In this document: positions 39,886 through 50,385 of the stretch, in pieces | How the letters are laid out: the number at the start of each line of letters is the position of its first letter | Position numbering within the stretch: position 1 is the stretch's first letter | DNA from: Gammaproteobacteria bacterium | Lineage (GTDB): Bacteria > Pseudomonadota > Gammaproteobacteria > Ga0077536 | Direction: 5' to 3' | Length of the DNA: 64,000 nt | Assembly: GCA_963662545.2 (NCBI GenBank) | Contig: CAXXLL010000003.1 | Coordinates: 1,248,001 to 1,312,000, forward strand | Made by a program: the position numbers and the translations under genes | The notes under the pieces: generated by a model | Seen by the model: only the letters and a program-made list of their open reading frames with translations | Told to the model about the DNA's origin: nothing | Databases searched by the model: none

Positions 39886-41211
39886 TCACGCGGCAATACT
39901 GGTGACCCCTCTCCACAGCGGCGCGACCACGACATTCAGTTGCGCATGCGCCTGCCTGAGTGCGGCCTCCACCTGCTCCGGGCGGGGCGCCCGAGCAAAG
40001 ATGAACCCGAGGTAGCTCGAACCTTCGGGCAGCGGCACCAGTTGATAACGATCCCGCACCTGTATGGTCACTTCCTCGACATAATCTACCGCGCGGGCCG
40101 CACCCACCCCCTCGACCCGTCTGAGGATGCCGGCCTGCGGCGTCGGGATCATCAACACACCGGCCGCCTGTTGCCAATCTGCGAACGCCAGGGGGGCGCC
40201 CACGGCATGCGATAACACCATCTCCTCGAGGCTGCCGGCGAGGCCGTATTCGAACAGCCGGCTGCACAGCCCGCCGATGGTCCTGGACGCAATCTCGAGC
40301 ATCCATACCCCCGCGTCATTGATGCGGCACTCGGCATGCACCGGCCCGTGCCGCAGTCCGTAAGCCCGGCAGCTCTCGGCCACCCGTTGTCCGACCTGGC
40401 GTTGTACGCCTGCATCGAGCCGCGAGGGGGTCACGAAGTAAGTCTCTTCAAAATAGGGGCCATTAAGGGGGTCGGTTTTATCGAAGACGGCGAGCACCTC
40501 GAGCTCCCCGTCGGTCAGTAGCGCCTCGACCGCGACCTCGACGCCCGGAACGAATTCCTCCACCAGAAGATAGTGCCGCTCTTCCGCATCACGCGCTTCG
40601 GCAACGATTCGGTCCACACGCTCACAGGCCGCGCGCAGCGCGTCCTCGCTATCCACCCGGATGACGCCACGGCTTGCCGACATGGCAAGGGGCTTGATCA
40701 CGCACGGGAATTCGATGCCTTCGAGCTGCCCCGCCAGCGGCTTCCGCAGATTAATGCGCGTATACGTCGGGACCGGGATCCCTGCTGCACTAAGGCGTGC
40801 CCGCGCGAGATCTTTGCGGCGCGCAATGCGCACGGCATCGGGTTCGTTATGGGGCAAGCCCAAACGACGGGCGGCGAGTGAAGCCAGCTCGGTCGTGGAA
40901 TCGTCGGTGCTGATAATTGCAGCAAAACAATGGTGACGGGCCGCCTCGAAGATGACCTCAAGCGCACCGCGGCTGTCGCTGAAATCGAGGTGTAATCCTT
41001 GCGCGTACGCGCTGACCAGCGAATGGCGGCCTTCGGAAGCGATCAGAACCTCGATGCCGAGGCGTCGGGCGGCATCGAGGTAAGGGACAGTCCGGTAGCT
41101 CCCGTGGGGAGCGATGATCAACACGCGTGCTTTGCCCGGTGCCGACACGCGCTGCAAATCCGCGCCGCCAGCGGCGCCCGTTCGAGGTCCAGCATGGAAG
41201 CTTGTAGACAT
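39886..41211 (-). CDS. ATP-grasp domain protein (L-amino acid ligase-like)
   Basis: [50 protein letters not shown]; start uncertain (41147-41271). Confidence 0.88.
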   Translation of the reverse strand: MSTSFHAGPRTGAAGGADLQRVSAPGKARVLIIAPHGSYRTVPYLDAARRLGIEVLIASEGRHSLVSAYAQGLHLDFSDSRGALEVIFEAARHHCFAAIISTDDSTTELASLAARRLGLPHNEPDAVRIARRKDLARARLSAAGIPVPTYTRINLRKPLAGQLEGIEFPCVIKPLAMSASRGVIRVDSEDALRAACERVDRIVAEARDAEERHYLLVEEFVPGVEVAVEALLTDGELEVLAVFDKTDPLNGPYFEETYFVTPSRLDAGVQRQVGQRVAESCRAYGLRHGPVHAECRINDAGVWMLEIASRTIGGLCSRLFEYGLAGSLEEMVLSHAVGAPLAFADWQQAAGVLMIPTPQAGILRRVEGVGAARAVDYVEEVTIQVRDRYQLVPLPEGSSYLGFIFARAPRPEQVEAALRQAHAQLNVVVAPLWRGVTSIAA

Positions 41212-41251
41212 CGAAGCCGTCAACCGATGAAGATTGGCGGGGACGCGACGG

Positions 41252-41650
41252 CTAGAAGCCGCTGCCGCCACAGCCGCTGCACATGCCGCTGCCGCCTACA
41301 CTCTCAAAGACATTGTTAAAGACAAAGGATTCATTGAGGCCGTCCTTGACGTAGTCGATTTCACAGCCCCGTAGGAAGTTCAGGGCGACGGCATCCACCA
41401 CTAGCTGAAAGCCCTCAAACTGGCGGACACTGTCGTACTCGGTCCGCTCGTCGTCATAGGTCATCCCATAGCTGAGCCCATTGCATCCGCCACCCTCAAC
41501 AAAGATACGCAGGGCGGCGAACTCCTTCTCGGCCTCCTCCACGATGCTCGCAAGCTGCGCCTCGCAAACGGGCGTAATCGTGAAGGTTTGCTCGGTGATC
41601 TCCTGCGAATATTCAAACTTCGTCTCTTGCAACACGGTCTTGAACCTCAC
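41252..41650 (-). CDS. HesB/IscA-type Fe-S carrier protein
   Basis: LRIFVEGGGCNGLSYGM, GCEIDY, C-terminal CSGCGG. Confidence 0.88.
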   Translation of the reverse strand: MRFKTVLQETKFEYSQEITEQTFTITPVCEAQLASIVEEAEKEFAALRIFVEGGGCNGLSYGMTYDDERTEYDSVRQFEGFQLVVDAVALNFLRGCEIDYVKDGLNESFVFNNVFESVGGSGMCSGCGGSGF

Positions 41651-41747
41651 TCTTTTCGACTGTGATAATTCGGCAGAATAATTCTTGAGTATTTTACTCA
41701 GTTATTATAGCTTATTCAACCTCACCCTGGAGTGAAGCGCACCGACC

Positions 41748-42032
41748 ATGGCACATACAGTTAATTGCCCGATCCTGCAACGGGAGGCCGAGGGCCTCGA
41801 CGCACCCCCGCACCCCGGCACTTTGGGGACGCGCATCTATGAGGAAATTTCCAAGGAAGGATGGCAGAAGTGGCTGGAACGGCTCACCATGATCATGAAT
41901 GAGAACGGGTTGAGCACGGCAGATCCGGACGCTATACCCCTGATTGAAGATCACATGCGGGGGTTCCTGTTCGGAGAAGGCGATCTCGGCGGTCTGCCGC
42001 CGGGATTCGTCCCCCAGGGCCAGAAGAAGTAA
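41748..42032 (+). CDS. yggX: Fe(II)-trafficking / oxidative damage protection protein
   Basis: MAHTVNC, EAEGL, LGTRIYEEISKEGWQKW, TMIMNE. Confidence 0.9.
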   Translation: MAHTVNCPILQREAEGLDAPPHPGTLGTRIYEEISKEGWQKWLERLTMIMNENGLSTADPDAIPLIEDHMRGFLFGEGDLGGLPPGFVPQGQKK

Positions 42033-42091
42033 GCAACCCTACAGAAGGATTTCCACAGGTCCACGGTTGGCATCTCCCCACCGGGTCGCGC

Positions 42092-43483
42092 TTATAGGTC
42101 GGCGAACTGCTCGTCCGTCGGCTCAGCGCAACAATACCAAGGCTCACTCAACTCCGCCGATGGCGCGCGGTCGGCCATTATCGGCAGGGACGGCGTCGGC
42201 CGAGCCAGGTACGCATGGGTAAGCGCCCAGATCTCCTTGAATAATTGCTCGCGGGGTTTCTCTGCGGCTTGCTGTACCACCCTCTGAACTTCGGCCTGCA
42301 GATCGTCTACCTTGGGATCGGCACTCGACCACGGATAAACGAGCGCCGCTTGCTTGAGGGGGCCGACGCGATCGCGGATCTCCTGCAACTCCAATAGCCG
42401 CGAGCCGGGCGGGATCAACAGGCGGATGGCGAGCTGCACCGGCGCGACTGCGCTCACCAGATCGAGCTCAGTAAGCGCCGCTAGAAGATCTCGGTAGTCG
42501 GTTAGTGTCGTCCAGGGCGTAAAAGCGACAAACGTTGGCGAGAGCGTCAGCCCGAGTTCATCGAAAATGCTGACTACGCGGTAGAAATCCTCGCGGGTGT
42601 GGCCTTTGTCCAGGAGGTCGAGGATCTGATCATCAACCGACTCGACGGCCGTGGTGACGAAAAGACACCCGGTAGATTTCAGCTTTGGTAGCAAGCGGCC
42701 GTGCGCGAGCAGGTGTTCGACCTTAATGGTTACGTCGTAGCTCAGCTCCGGGAATTGCTCATGCAGCGCCTCGACGATCCGCAAAGCGTGAGTCGGCCCG
42801 TTGAAGAAATCCGGATCGCCAAACGTAATATGGCGCGCGCCCGCCATCACCTGCTGGCGAAGGTCGGCCAGGACGATCGCGCGCGGCACGGCACGAAAAC
42901 GCCCGTTGTACACTGGGACCACCGGACAATGCCGGCAGCGGTGCTTGCATCCCCGACTGGCCTCGACGTAGCCGGTAACCCGCGTCTCGCCGTCGGGCAT
43001 CCGCAGAAACGCATAGCGCTCGAGCGCCGGGAGATCGCTACGGTCCGGTACCAGAAATCGCTGCCCGGCCAGGGAGACCCGCGGTTCCAGTTGCTCACCG
43101 GTCTTACATGACACGCCCGCTTCGAGCCTACCGGCGAGTGCCTTGAGTCCCGGCTCGAACTCGCCGCCCAGTACCGTCCCGACACCGAGTTCCCGAAGGT
43201 ACGCTTCGTTTGTCGGCGCATAAAGACCATAGGCGGCGATATGCGCGCGAGGGTTGAGGTGCTTCACCCGGGGGATCAGCCGGGCGGCCAGCCGGGTCGC
43301 CGTATGCATCGGCACATAGAAAGCCGCTAAGTCGGCTTTGCGAACGAGGTCTTCGTCCCAGCTCTCCACTGCCAGATCCAAGGTCCACACTGAATCGCCA
43401 CGCTCCCGCAAGCACGCAGCAGGCTCGGCCAGACCAAACGGTTGGTGGCCGAGTTCGTAGGTGGAAATGAGGACGACGTTCAA
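42092..43483 (-). CDS. CUAEP/CCAEP-tail radical SAM protein (Cys form)
   Basis: LISTYELGHQPFGLA, SRGCKHRCRHC, HITFGDPDFFNGP, C-terminal SEPWYCCAEP. Confidence 0.88.
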   Translation of the reverse strand: MNVVLISTYELGHQPFGLAEPAACLRERGDSVWTLDLAVESWDEDLVRKADLAAFYVPMHTATRLAARLIPRVKHLNPRAHIAAYGLYAPTNEAYLRELGVGTVLGGEFEPGLKALAGRLEAGVSCKTGEQLEPRVSLAGQRFLVPDRSDLPALERYAFLRMPDGETRVTGYVEASRGCKHRCRHCPVVPVYNGRFRAVPRAIVLADLRQQVMAGARHITFGDPDFFNGPTHALRIVEALHEQFPELSYDVTIKVEHLLAHGRLLPKLKSTGCLFVTTAVESVDDQILDLLDKGHTREDFYRVVSIFDELGLTLSPTFVAFTPWTTLTDYRDLLAALTELDLVSAVAPVQLAIRLLIPPGSRLLELQEIRDRVGPLKQAALVYPWSSADPKVDDLQAEVQRVVQQAAEKPREQLFKEIWALTHAYLARPTPSLPIMADRAPSAELSEPWYCCAEPTDEQFADL

Positions 43484-43734
43484 CCCCGGTTCAACTCGTC
43501 AAATAGGAAACGTCAATTCTATTTCTGCGGCTGCCGATAACTGAGATGTGGACCCAATGCAAAAACTCAATTGCCATTTTATTCGACCCCTGCGATTTCG
43601 ATTTCGTCGCCCGTCAAAAGGATAGTTTATCCGCGGTCTTCTCAGCGCTTCAGCCCTAATCATTTAATCGGCAACCAGCCCGGGAAAAAAGCCCCGCTGT
43701 TAAAGCGAGCTTTTATCATCTTAAGATAATTCTT

Positions 43735-45864
43735 TTACGCCACCAGTTCTATCTGGACTAGATTATCCGAAAAGGTGGGGGCATGCCCCATATTCACAAA
43801 CTCGGCTGAACTGATGATATTCACCGTCCCCTTCGTCAGTTGTCGCCAGTAACCAAGCGTCGCAACGACCACACCCGGGTTGACATCATCGGTAAGCCTG
43901 GCAACGCCCTCAAATGCTCCCCGGTCATTAAAGACCCGCACTTGATCACCCTCTTTAATGCGACGTTCGTTGGCATCCACCGCGTTGATCAATACGAATT
44001 GTTCGCCCTGTTTTTTAATTTTGTTATTCATATTGGCGTAGCAGGAATTCAAAAGGGCATGGCTTTTAGGCGAGATGATATTCAATGGGTATGTCTTCGC
44101 CAATTCCGGATCCGTTGCAGCACTTTCTCTTGGCGGCACATAATCCGGCAAGGTATCCAACGGTTCACCGGGCTGAAAGGCCTCGTACATCTGACGAAAC
44201 GGCGCGATGACGAAATTACCGTTTGCGGCGGTTGCCGACAAGAGTTCACACTTACCTGATGGCGTCGGAAAGTTACCTTTCTTATGGGGCGCCCGATCAT
44301 CCGGCGTGCCAATCGTAAGACGGGCATAACCATGTTCGCGCAGGTAATTCAGATCGATTCCCTCACAAGCGGGTGAATCCCAGTCAATGAAATTTTCCAG
44401 GCATTCGGAATCCGACCATTTAAAACAGTCTTCCTCAAAACCCATGCGCGCCGCCAGGCGTCTGAAGATTTCTCTGTTGGAAACGGTTTCACCCGGTGAC
44501 TCGACACATTGGGTGTTGTAGGTAAGGTAGTTATTTCCCCAGGACAAGATGATGTCTTCCATTTCTGCGCCCATGGCAGCGGGAAGAACGATATCTGCAT
44601 AGGCTGCGGTATCCGAAATAAAATGCTCGGCGGAGACCAGGAACAAATCTTCCCGCTGCAAGCCTTCGACAATCTTGTCACACTCCGGCGCCTGGGTGAC
44701 CGGGTTTGAATTCCAGCACATCATCGATTTGATCGGCGGATCCAGGGGTATTTCACCAATCAATGCACGGCCAATTTGCAGATTATTGACCACGCGTGTG
44801 CCTTCCGGAATAAAGTCAGGTCGCGAAATAACGTCCAGCTTGTAGGGATGTTCCCAGAACGTCATTTGATGAATGCCGCCACCGACGTCACGCCAGGCAC
44901 CGGTTAATGCCGGAATGCAACACACAGCGCGAATCGTTTGCCCTCCACCGTAATGTTTTTCCAGGGCCACACCGATGCGGATGGCGGCCGGTTTTGTGGT
45001 CGATAATTCGCGAGCCAGCGTGCGTATGTCCTCCGCGCTTACGCCGGTAATTTCTTCGGCCCACTCCGGCGTGCGTGTTTCAGCCCTTGCAGCCAGTTCG
45101 TCATAACCAACGGTGTAATTATCGATGTAATCCTGATCGACGAGGCCCTCCTCGATAATCGTGCTAATTATTGCCATCGCGAGCGCACCATCGGTTCCGG
45201 GTTTTGGTGCGAGATGCCAATCGGCTTGCCTGGCAGTGCGCGACTTGTAGGCATCAATCACCACCACCTTGGCACCTTTTTTTCGGGCATCTTTAACGAA
45301 ATGCCAATGGTGCAGGTTGGTGCTAACGCTATTACATGCCCAGATAACGATATATTTTGAGTGAACAAAACTCTCAGGGTCCATTCCGCCACTGGGGCCA
45401 TAGGTCAGTACCCAGGCGGTGGCCGAACCTACGCCACACCATGTCCGCTCACAAACCGTTGCTCCGAGTCGGTTAAAAAAGGCATCCCCGCCGTTTAGTC
45501 CATTAATAAGTCCCTGATGACCTGCATAGCTGTAGGGCATGATCGCCTGCGGGCCATACTCATCGATAATGGCCTGCCATCGATCTGTGATTTCATCCAG
45601 TGCTTCGCCCCAGGAAATCCGCTCGAACTGTTTAGACCCTTTGGGCCCCGTTCGGCGCAGGGGATAGAGGATACGATCGGGATGGTAATGGCGCTTTTCA
45701 TAATCATCTAACTTTACACAGAGCCCGCCCCGCGTCATGGGATGTTCTTTATTACCATGGACACCGACCAGTTTTCCTTCTTCGACTTCAAGTACCATCG
45801 CACAGGTATCAGGACAATCGTGTGGACATCCTCCGTAATAGGTTTCTTTAACTTGTGCAGACAT
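43735..45864 (-). CDS. Molybdopterin oxidoreductase family protein
   Basis: CPHDCPDTC...LC, FERISW.EALD, PGTDGALA, FPTPSGK, LNSCY. Confidence 0.92.
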   Translation of the reverse strand: MSAQVKETYYGGCPHDCPDTCAMVLEVEEGKLVGVHGNKEHPMTRGGLCVKLDDYEKRHYHPDRILYPLRRTGPKGSKQFERISWGEALDEITDRWQAIIDEYGPQAIMPYSYAGHQGLINGLNGGDAFFNRLGATVCERTWCGVGSATAWVLTYGPSGGMDPESFVHSKYIVIWACNSVSTNLHHWHFVKDARKKGAKVVVIDAYKSRTARQADWHLAPKPGTDGALAMAIISTIIEEGLVDQDYIDNYTVGYDELAARAETRTPEWAEEITGVSAEDIRTLARELSTTKPAAIRIGVALEKHYGGGQTIRAVCCIPALTGAWRDVGGGIHQMTFWEHPYKLDVISRPDFIPEGTRVVNNLQIGRALIGEIPLDPPIKSMMCWNSNPVTQAPECDKIVEGLQREDLFLVSAEHFISDTAAYADIVLPAAMGAEMEDIILSWGNNYLTYNTQCVESPGETVSNREIFRRLAARMGFEEDCFKWSDSECLENFIDWDSPACEGIDLNYLREHGYARLTIGTPDDRAPHKKGNFPTPSGKCELLSATAANGNFVIAPFRQMYEAFQPGEPLDTLPDYVPPRESAATDPELAKTYPLNIISPKSHALLNSCYANMNNKIKKQGEQFVLINAVDANERRIKEGDQVRVFNDRGAFEGVARLTDDVNPGVVVATLGYWRQLTKGTVNIISSAEFVNMGHAPTFSDNLVQIELVA

Positions 45865-46188
45865 TGTTTGACTCTCCTCGCACTGGAAGCTTACAGAGGT
45901 AAGCCCAGTATAAACCGTCTATCGAGACAGCCCTTTTTTACTCGAAATTCCAGCAGTACCTGGTACGCCTTAGGTCTTATCTTCTGGTTTCCAAAATTAG
46001 GTCAATGCCATCTGACAGCGATGTTTCGCGTTGCGGGGCTCAGGTCTTGCGTATTCCCTAGCACGAAGGCAGCTTAGGCAAAAGGCAAGAGCTGACCCCG
46101 ATACCCTCCCCTGCGGATCCTGGCCCTCGATTACCCCACCTCCAAAATGAAACAATAGGCGACGAATCGCTACCCGCGGAGATCAGCT

Positions 46189-47262
46189 ATGGATTTTGGT
46201 ATCAGTTTCCCGACCTACATCCGCTCCTGGCACGATGCCAAGATGGCGGAGGACTACGGTTTTTCACACGCCTGGTTCTACGACTCGCAGATGTGCTACA
46301 GCGATGTCTATGCCAGCATGGCGCTCTGTGCGTACCATACGCGAACGCTGAAACTCGGGACTTTCGTCTCCATTCTCGGCAACCGCATCGCCCCGGTCAC
46401 CGCGCATTCCATCGCCACCATCAACGAACTCGCGCCCGGACGGGCGATACTCGGGGTTGGCACGGGGTTCACCGGCCGCAACGTGATGGGCATGCCGCCG
46501 ATTCCCCTCAAGACGATGCGGGCACATGTCGAAATCATCCGCGACCTGTTGGCGGGCAAGGAGGTGCTCTACAGCGAAGGTGAGCGCGAACGTCACATTA
46601 AGTTTCTTCACCCCGACAGTGGCTACATCAACATCAAGGATCCGATCCCGATCCACATGGCGTCGAACGGACCCAAGGCTTTGAAACTCGCCGGCGAAAT
46701 CGCCGACGGTTGGATTACCATCGGCCTCGATCCGCAGCACATCGCCGACAGTATCAAAACCATCAAGGAAAGCGCGAAAGCGGTGGGCCGGGATTTATCC
46801 GAAGTCTATTGCAGCAACCTGACCTCGGGCTGCGTGCTGCGTCCGGGCGAATCGATTACCTCGCCCCGGGTCCTGCGTCAAATCGGCCCGTTCGCGATCC
46901 TGCTGCTGCACACCAACTGGGATCCGGTGGAGATGAAAGTCGGTCCCTTCGCGCCGCCCGCAGTGGCGCCGCTAGCCAAGCGCTATTTCGAAGAACACGT
47001 CATGCAGATGAAAACGCCGCTAGACCGGCGCTTTCAGGAAATGCACCTAGGTCACCTGGTCTTCGTCCGGCCGGGCGAAGAGGCGTTCATCACGCCCGAG
47101 CTGATCAAGATCTCGACTTTGACCGGATCTGCAGCGGAGATCATCGATCGCGTGCATGAACTCGAAGAAGCCGGGGTGAGCAACATCGCCTTGAACGTCT
47201 GCGGGACCGATGCGCGGGAGATGATCCGCGAGTTCGGCAATGAGGTGATTGCGAAACTCTGA
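46189..47262 (+). CDS. LLM class flavin-dependent oxidoreductase
   Basis: GFSHAWFYDSQ, TINELAPGRAILGVGTG, GPKALKLAGEIADG. Confidence 0.9.
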   Translation: MDFGISFPTYIRSWHDAKMAEDYGFSHAWFYDSQMCYSDVYASMALCAYHTRTLKLGTFVSILGNRIAPVTAHSIATINELAPGRAILGVGTGFTGRNVMGMPPIPLKTMRAHVEIIRDLLAGKEVLYSEGERERHIKFLHPDSGYINIKDPIPIHMASNGPKALKLAGEIADGWITIGLDPQHIADSIKTIKESAKAVGRDLSEVYCSNLTSGCVLRPGESITSPRVLRQIGPFAILLLHTNWDPVEMKVGPFAPPAVAPLAKRYFEEHVMQMKTPLDRRFQEMHLGHLVFVRPGEEAFITPELIKISTLTGSAAEIIDRVHELEEAGVSNIALNVCGTDAREMIREFGNEVIAKL

Positions 47263-47267
47263 TCTAA

Positions 47268-47429
47268 GGAGCCTCTGAACAAGTCATGGTGCGTCTGAAT
47301 TGTTCATGAAATCGTGCAGATCAAGGCACGAATCGCAGGCAATAGCGGGGACTATTGGCAAGGTTCGTAACGCCGAGCTGCGCGATTTCATGGTCAAGGC
47401 AGATGTGCCATGGCTTATTCAGAGGTTCC
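47268..47429. mobile_element. IS5-type MITE (162 bp), copy 2
   Basis: Same length and mostly the same sequence as 25115-25276; CTAA direct repeat. Confidence 0.88.
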
Positions 47430-47471
47430 CTAAGAGGGGGACGGTGCGGGCATTCTGCACCGCGGCGATCG

Positions 47472-47495
47472 ATTCGCCCGCAAGCGGGTTCCTAC
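47472..47495 (-). repeat. GTAG-type REP
   Basis: ATTCGCCCGCAAGCGGGTTCCTAC between convergent genes. Confidence 0.7.
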
Positions 47496-47507
47496 GCCAA
47501 AACATCA

Positions 47508-49757
47508 TCAAGCGGCGGCCGCGAGTTTCTCGACCGTCACTGACACGGTATGCAGGGCCGGCGTCATCGACGGTAGGTCGACGTCGGTCTCGTCGGAGAT
47601 ATCGTTGAAGCTCACAGTGTCGAGCTTGGACGCGATCGAAAGCTTCGTGCCGGGCACGTTCTGACCGTAGCCTTGGGGCAGGCTCAATACGCCCGGCATC
47701 ATTGTTTCGGTGACTTCGACCAAGGCCTCGAGCGACAAGTGGCGGGCTCTCACCCGCACGCGTTCACCGGTCTCGACCCCCAAACGCTCCGCGTCGTCGG
47801 GATGCATCAGAAGCATGCAGGCATTCTTGCCTTTGACGAGAAATTGCAGGTTGTTCATCCACGAATTGACCGAGCGCACGTGGCGCCGGCCGACGAGCAA
47901 TAGACCCTCGTCCGGCACGTATGCATCCAGCCGCTCGATATCGTCCATGATGACCTGCGGTGTCAGATCGATCTTCCCATTCGGGGTCTTGAGCAAGCCG
48001 GGCAGCTGTGGATCCATCGGGCCGAGGTCGAGGCCATGCGGGTGTTGCTTGAGCTTATCGAGATTCAGGCCTTCCGGTCTGGCGCCGAAGAAGTCGCCGT
48101 GCGGACCCGTCCGCAGCAGGACATCGTACAAGCGATTGGGTCCGGGCTCCTCGCCGATGAGTTGGCGCGCTTGCTGCCGCGATACGCGATCGCGGAGCGG
48201 GTGATCGGCCATGTACTTTTCGAGCAGGCCATCGACGGTCGCTTCTTCGAGCGCGGCCGGAGTGGTATCGGACAGGCGTGCGCCCAGGTTCAAAAAGACT
48301 TCCCAGTCCGCCAGGGTTCCGGGTTCGAGATCGAGCGCCGGCGCCGTCCACTTGGCATATTTTCTGACCATGAACGGCACGGAAAACAGCGGAAACGCCG
48401 CATGGCGCACGGCCGTTGGCGTCGGCAGGATGAAATCCGCGAAACGCGACGTTTCATTGACGTAGATATCCATGCAGACCAGCAAGTCGAGCGTCTGTAC
48501 GGCGGCCGCGGTTCGTTCGCGGTTCGGAATCGAAGTGACCGGGTTGCCCGTGATGGTGAAAAGGCCGCGTATCTGGCCCTGCCCTGGCGTGGTGATCTCG
48601 TCGGCCAGGGTGATCGCCGGCAGGACACCGCCGATCTCAGGCAGATTTCTGACGCGCGAGCGGAATTTCGCATAGGGCGGCTGATCGCCTTCGTAAGTAT
48701 CGTTGAGCAGCACGGACGGCACCACGCCGACCGGAAACATCGCACCGCCGGGCCGGTCCAAGTTACCGCTCAGGATATTGACGATGTCTAGCAGCCAGGA
48801 CGTGATCGATCCGAAGCGCTGCAGTGACGTCCCGACCCGGCCGTAGCACGCTGCGCGCTCGGCACCGAAGAACTCGACGGCTAGTTGACGAACGACATCG
48901 ACGGACACGCCCGTGATGGCAGAGACTCGTTCAGGCGGGAATCCGGAAGCAATGCGTTTTACGGTTTCGACCTGTTGTTCATCGATGAGCGCTTCGACCG
49001 CGCCGAGCGACACCAGGTTTTCCGCGAATGCGACGTTTATCATGCCCAACATGAGCTGGGAATCCGTGGACGGCCGGACGGCGACGTGTTGATCGGCCAG
49101 CGCCGCGGTTTCGGTGAAACGTGGATCCACCACCACCAGCTTGCCGCCGCGACTGCGGATGGCTTTCAACCGGCGCGGCATGCCGGGCGCGCCTATCAGG
49201 CTTCCGCCCGAAGCGACGGGATTGGCGCCAATGATCAAAAGATAGTCCGTACGGTCGAGGTCCGGTACCGGGATCGCAGCCTGGTCGCCGAACAGCAAAC
49301 CGCTCGAAAGGAGCTTAGGCGCGTGATCAATACTCGACGTGCCGAATGCGTTCTTCGATTTCAAACTCCTGGCGAACACGCCGCCGTAAAGCATCACGCC
49401 CGGATGATGGATGGTGGCGTTGCCGAAATACGTCGCGAGCCCATCGTAGCCGTAACCCTGTTGTATCGCCTTGGCCCGCGCCGCAATCTCATCAAAGGCC
49501 TCGTCCCAGCCGACTTCTTCAAAGTCGTTGCCTTTTTTGCGCAGCGGTTTGCGGACCAGATCGGGATCCTCCTGGATCTTGGTCAGGGCGTGCATTTTCG
49601 CGCAGACGAATCCGCGGCTGAAAGGATCGTCCTTGTCGCCTTTAGCCGAGATGACTTTCTGTTTTTCGCGATCAATTTCGAGAATGACCCCGCAATTGGC
49701 TTCGCAGAACGGGCAGATGCTGGTCTGCTTGATGATGTTTGCATGAGCTTGAGTCAT
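47508..49757 (-). CDS. Molybdopterin-dependent oxidoreductase
   Basis: CPFCEANCG...C, PVPDLDRTD, GNLDRPGG, GRRHVRSVNSW. Confidence 0.92.
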   Translation of the reverse strand: MTQAHANIIKQTSICPFCEANCGVILEIDREKQKVISAKGDKDDPFSRGFVCAKMHALTKIQEDPDLVRKPLRKKGNDFEEVGWDEAFDEIAARAKAIQQGYGYDGLATYFGNATIHHPGVMLYGGVFARSLKSKNAFGTSSIDHAPKLLSSGLLFGDQAAIPVPDLDRTDYLLIIGANPVASGGSLIGAPGMPRRLKAIRSRGGKLVVVDPRFTETAALADQHVAVRPSTDSQLMLGMINVAFAENLVSLGAVEALIDEQQVETVKRIASGFPPERVSAITGVSVDVVRQLAVEFFGAERAACYGRVGTSLQRFGSITSWLLDIVNILSGNLDRPGGAMFPVGVVPSVLLNDTYEGDQPPYAKFRSRVRNLPEIGGVLPAITLADEITTPGQGQIRGLFTITGNPVTSIPNRERTAAAVQTLDLLVCMDIYVNETSRFADFILPTPTAVRHAAFPLFSVPFMVRKYAKWTAPALDLEPGTLADWEVFLNLGARLSDTTPAALEEATVDGLLEKYMADHPLRDRVSRQQARQLIGEEPGPNRLYDVLLRTGPHGDFFGARPEGLNLDKLKQHPHGLDLGPMDPQLPGLLKTPNGKIDLTPQVIMDDIERLDAYVPDEGLLLVGRRHVRSVNSWMNNLQFLVKGKNACMLLMHPDDAERLGVETGERVRVRARHLSLEALVEVTETMMPGVLSLPQGYGQNVPGTKLSIASKLDTVSFNDISDETDVDLPSMTPALHTVSVTVEKLAAAA

Positions 49758-49964
49758 CGGCCGCCTCCTGGTGTCGTGCCGGACGGTGACAGAAACACCG
49801 CGATGAGGGCACAAGCCGAGCTAAGCTGCTTCGAGCGCGCTCGGCATGGATTCGATCGACTTCGATTGAATCACAATTTGAAATGCGGTGCGATCTATTT
49901 GACTATACTTTCCTCCCCGGCTTACTGCTATTTGACGACGATTAATGACAACTGGAGATAACAC

Positions 49965-50372
49965 ATGGTTAAGCGAAGCAATCCTGACGTCGGTTACTTC
50001 TCGAACGACGTGTTCGAGGCGTATGCGTTTACCCAGACGATCAAGACCGGTAACCATATTTACCTGTCCGGCATCGCCCCTTTGCGAGGGAGTAACGACA
50101 ATATCGAACTGGTTGGGGAAGGTGATATTAGAGCGCAGGTCAGTTTCTGCCTCGAGGTGCTCAAGGGATGCCTCGCCGCCGAGGGAGTAGGCCTCGAAAA
50201 CTGGGTAGCTCACACGGTGTACGGCACCGATATGAAGGAATTGCATAAGACGGCGGATATTTTCGTCGACGTGTTCGGTGAATACCCGCCGACCAGCACC
50301 TGGGTCGAGATCAAGGGCTTGTTCGTTCCCGGACAGATGGTCGAGATCACGGGTTTCGCGGTCGTCGACTGA
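49965..50372 (+). CDS. RidA/YjgF family protein
   Basis: IYLSG, GDIRAQ, PTSTWVEIKGL, VEITGFAV. Confidence 0.88.
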   Translation: MVKRSNPDVGYFSNDVFEAYAFTQTIKTGNHIYLSGIAPLRGSNDNIELVGEGDIRAQVSFCLEVLKGCLAAEGVGLENWVAHTVYGTDMKELHKTADIFVDVFGEYPPTSTWVEIKGLFVPGQMVEITGFAVVD

Positions 50373-50385
50373 CGAGGCGCCGCGC

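Noticed and set aside
42092-42150. Selenocysteine in the radical SAM tail
   Set aside because: Codons are TGT-TGC (CCAEP); there is no in-frame TGA.
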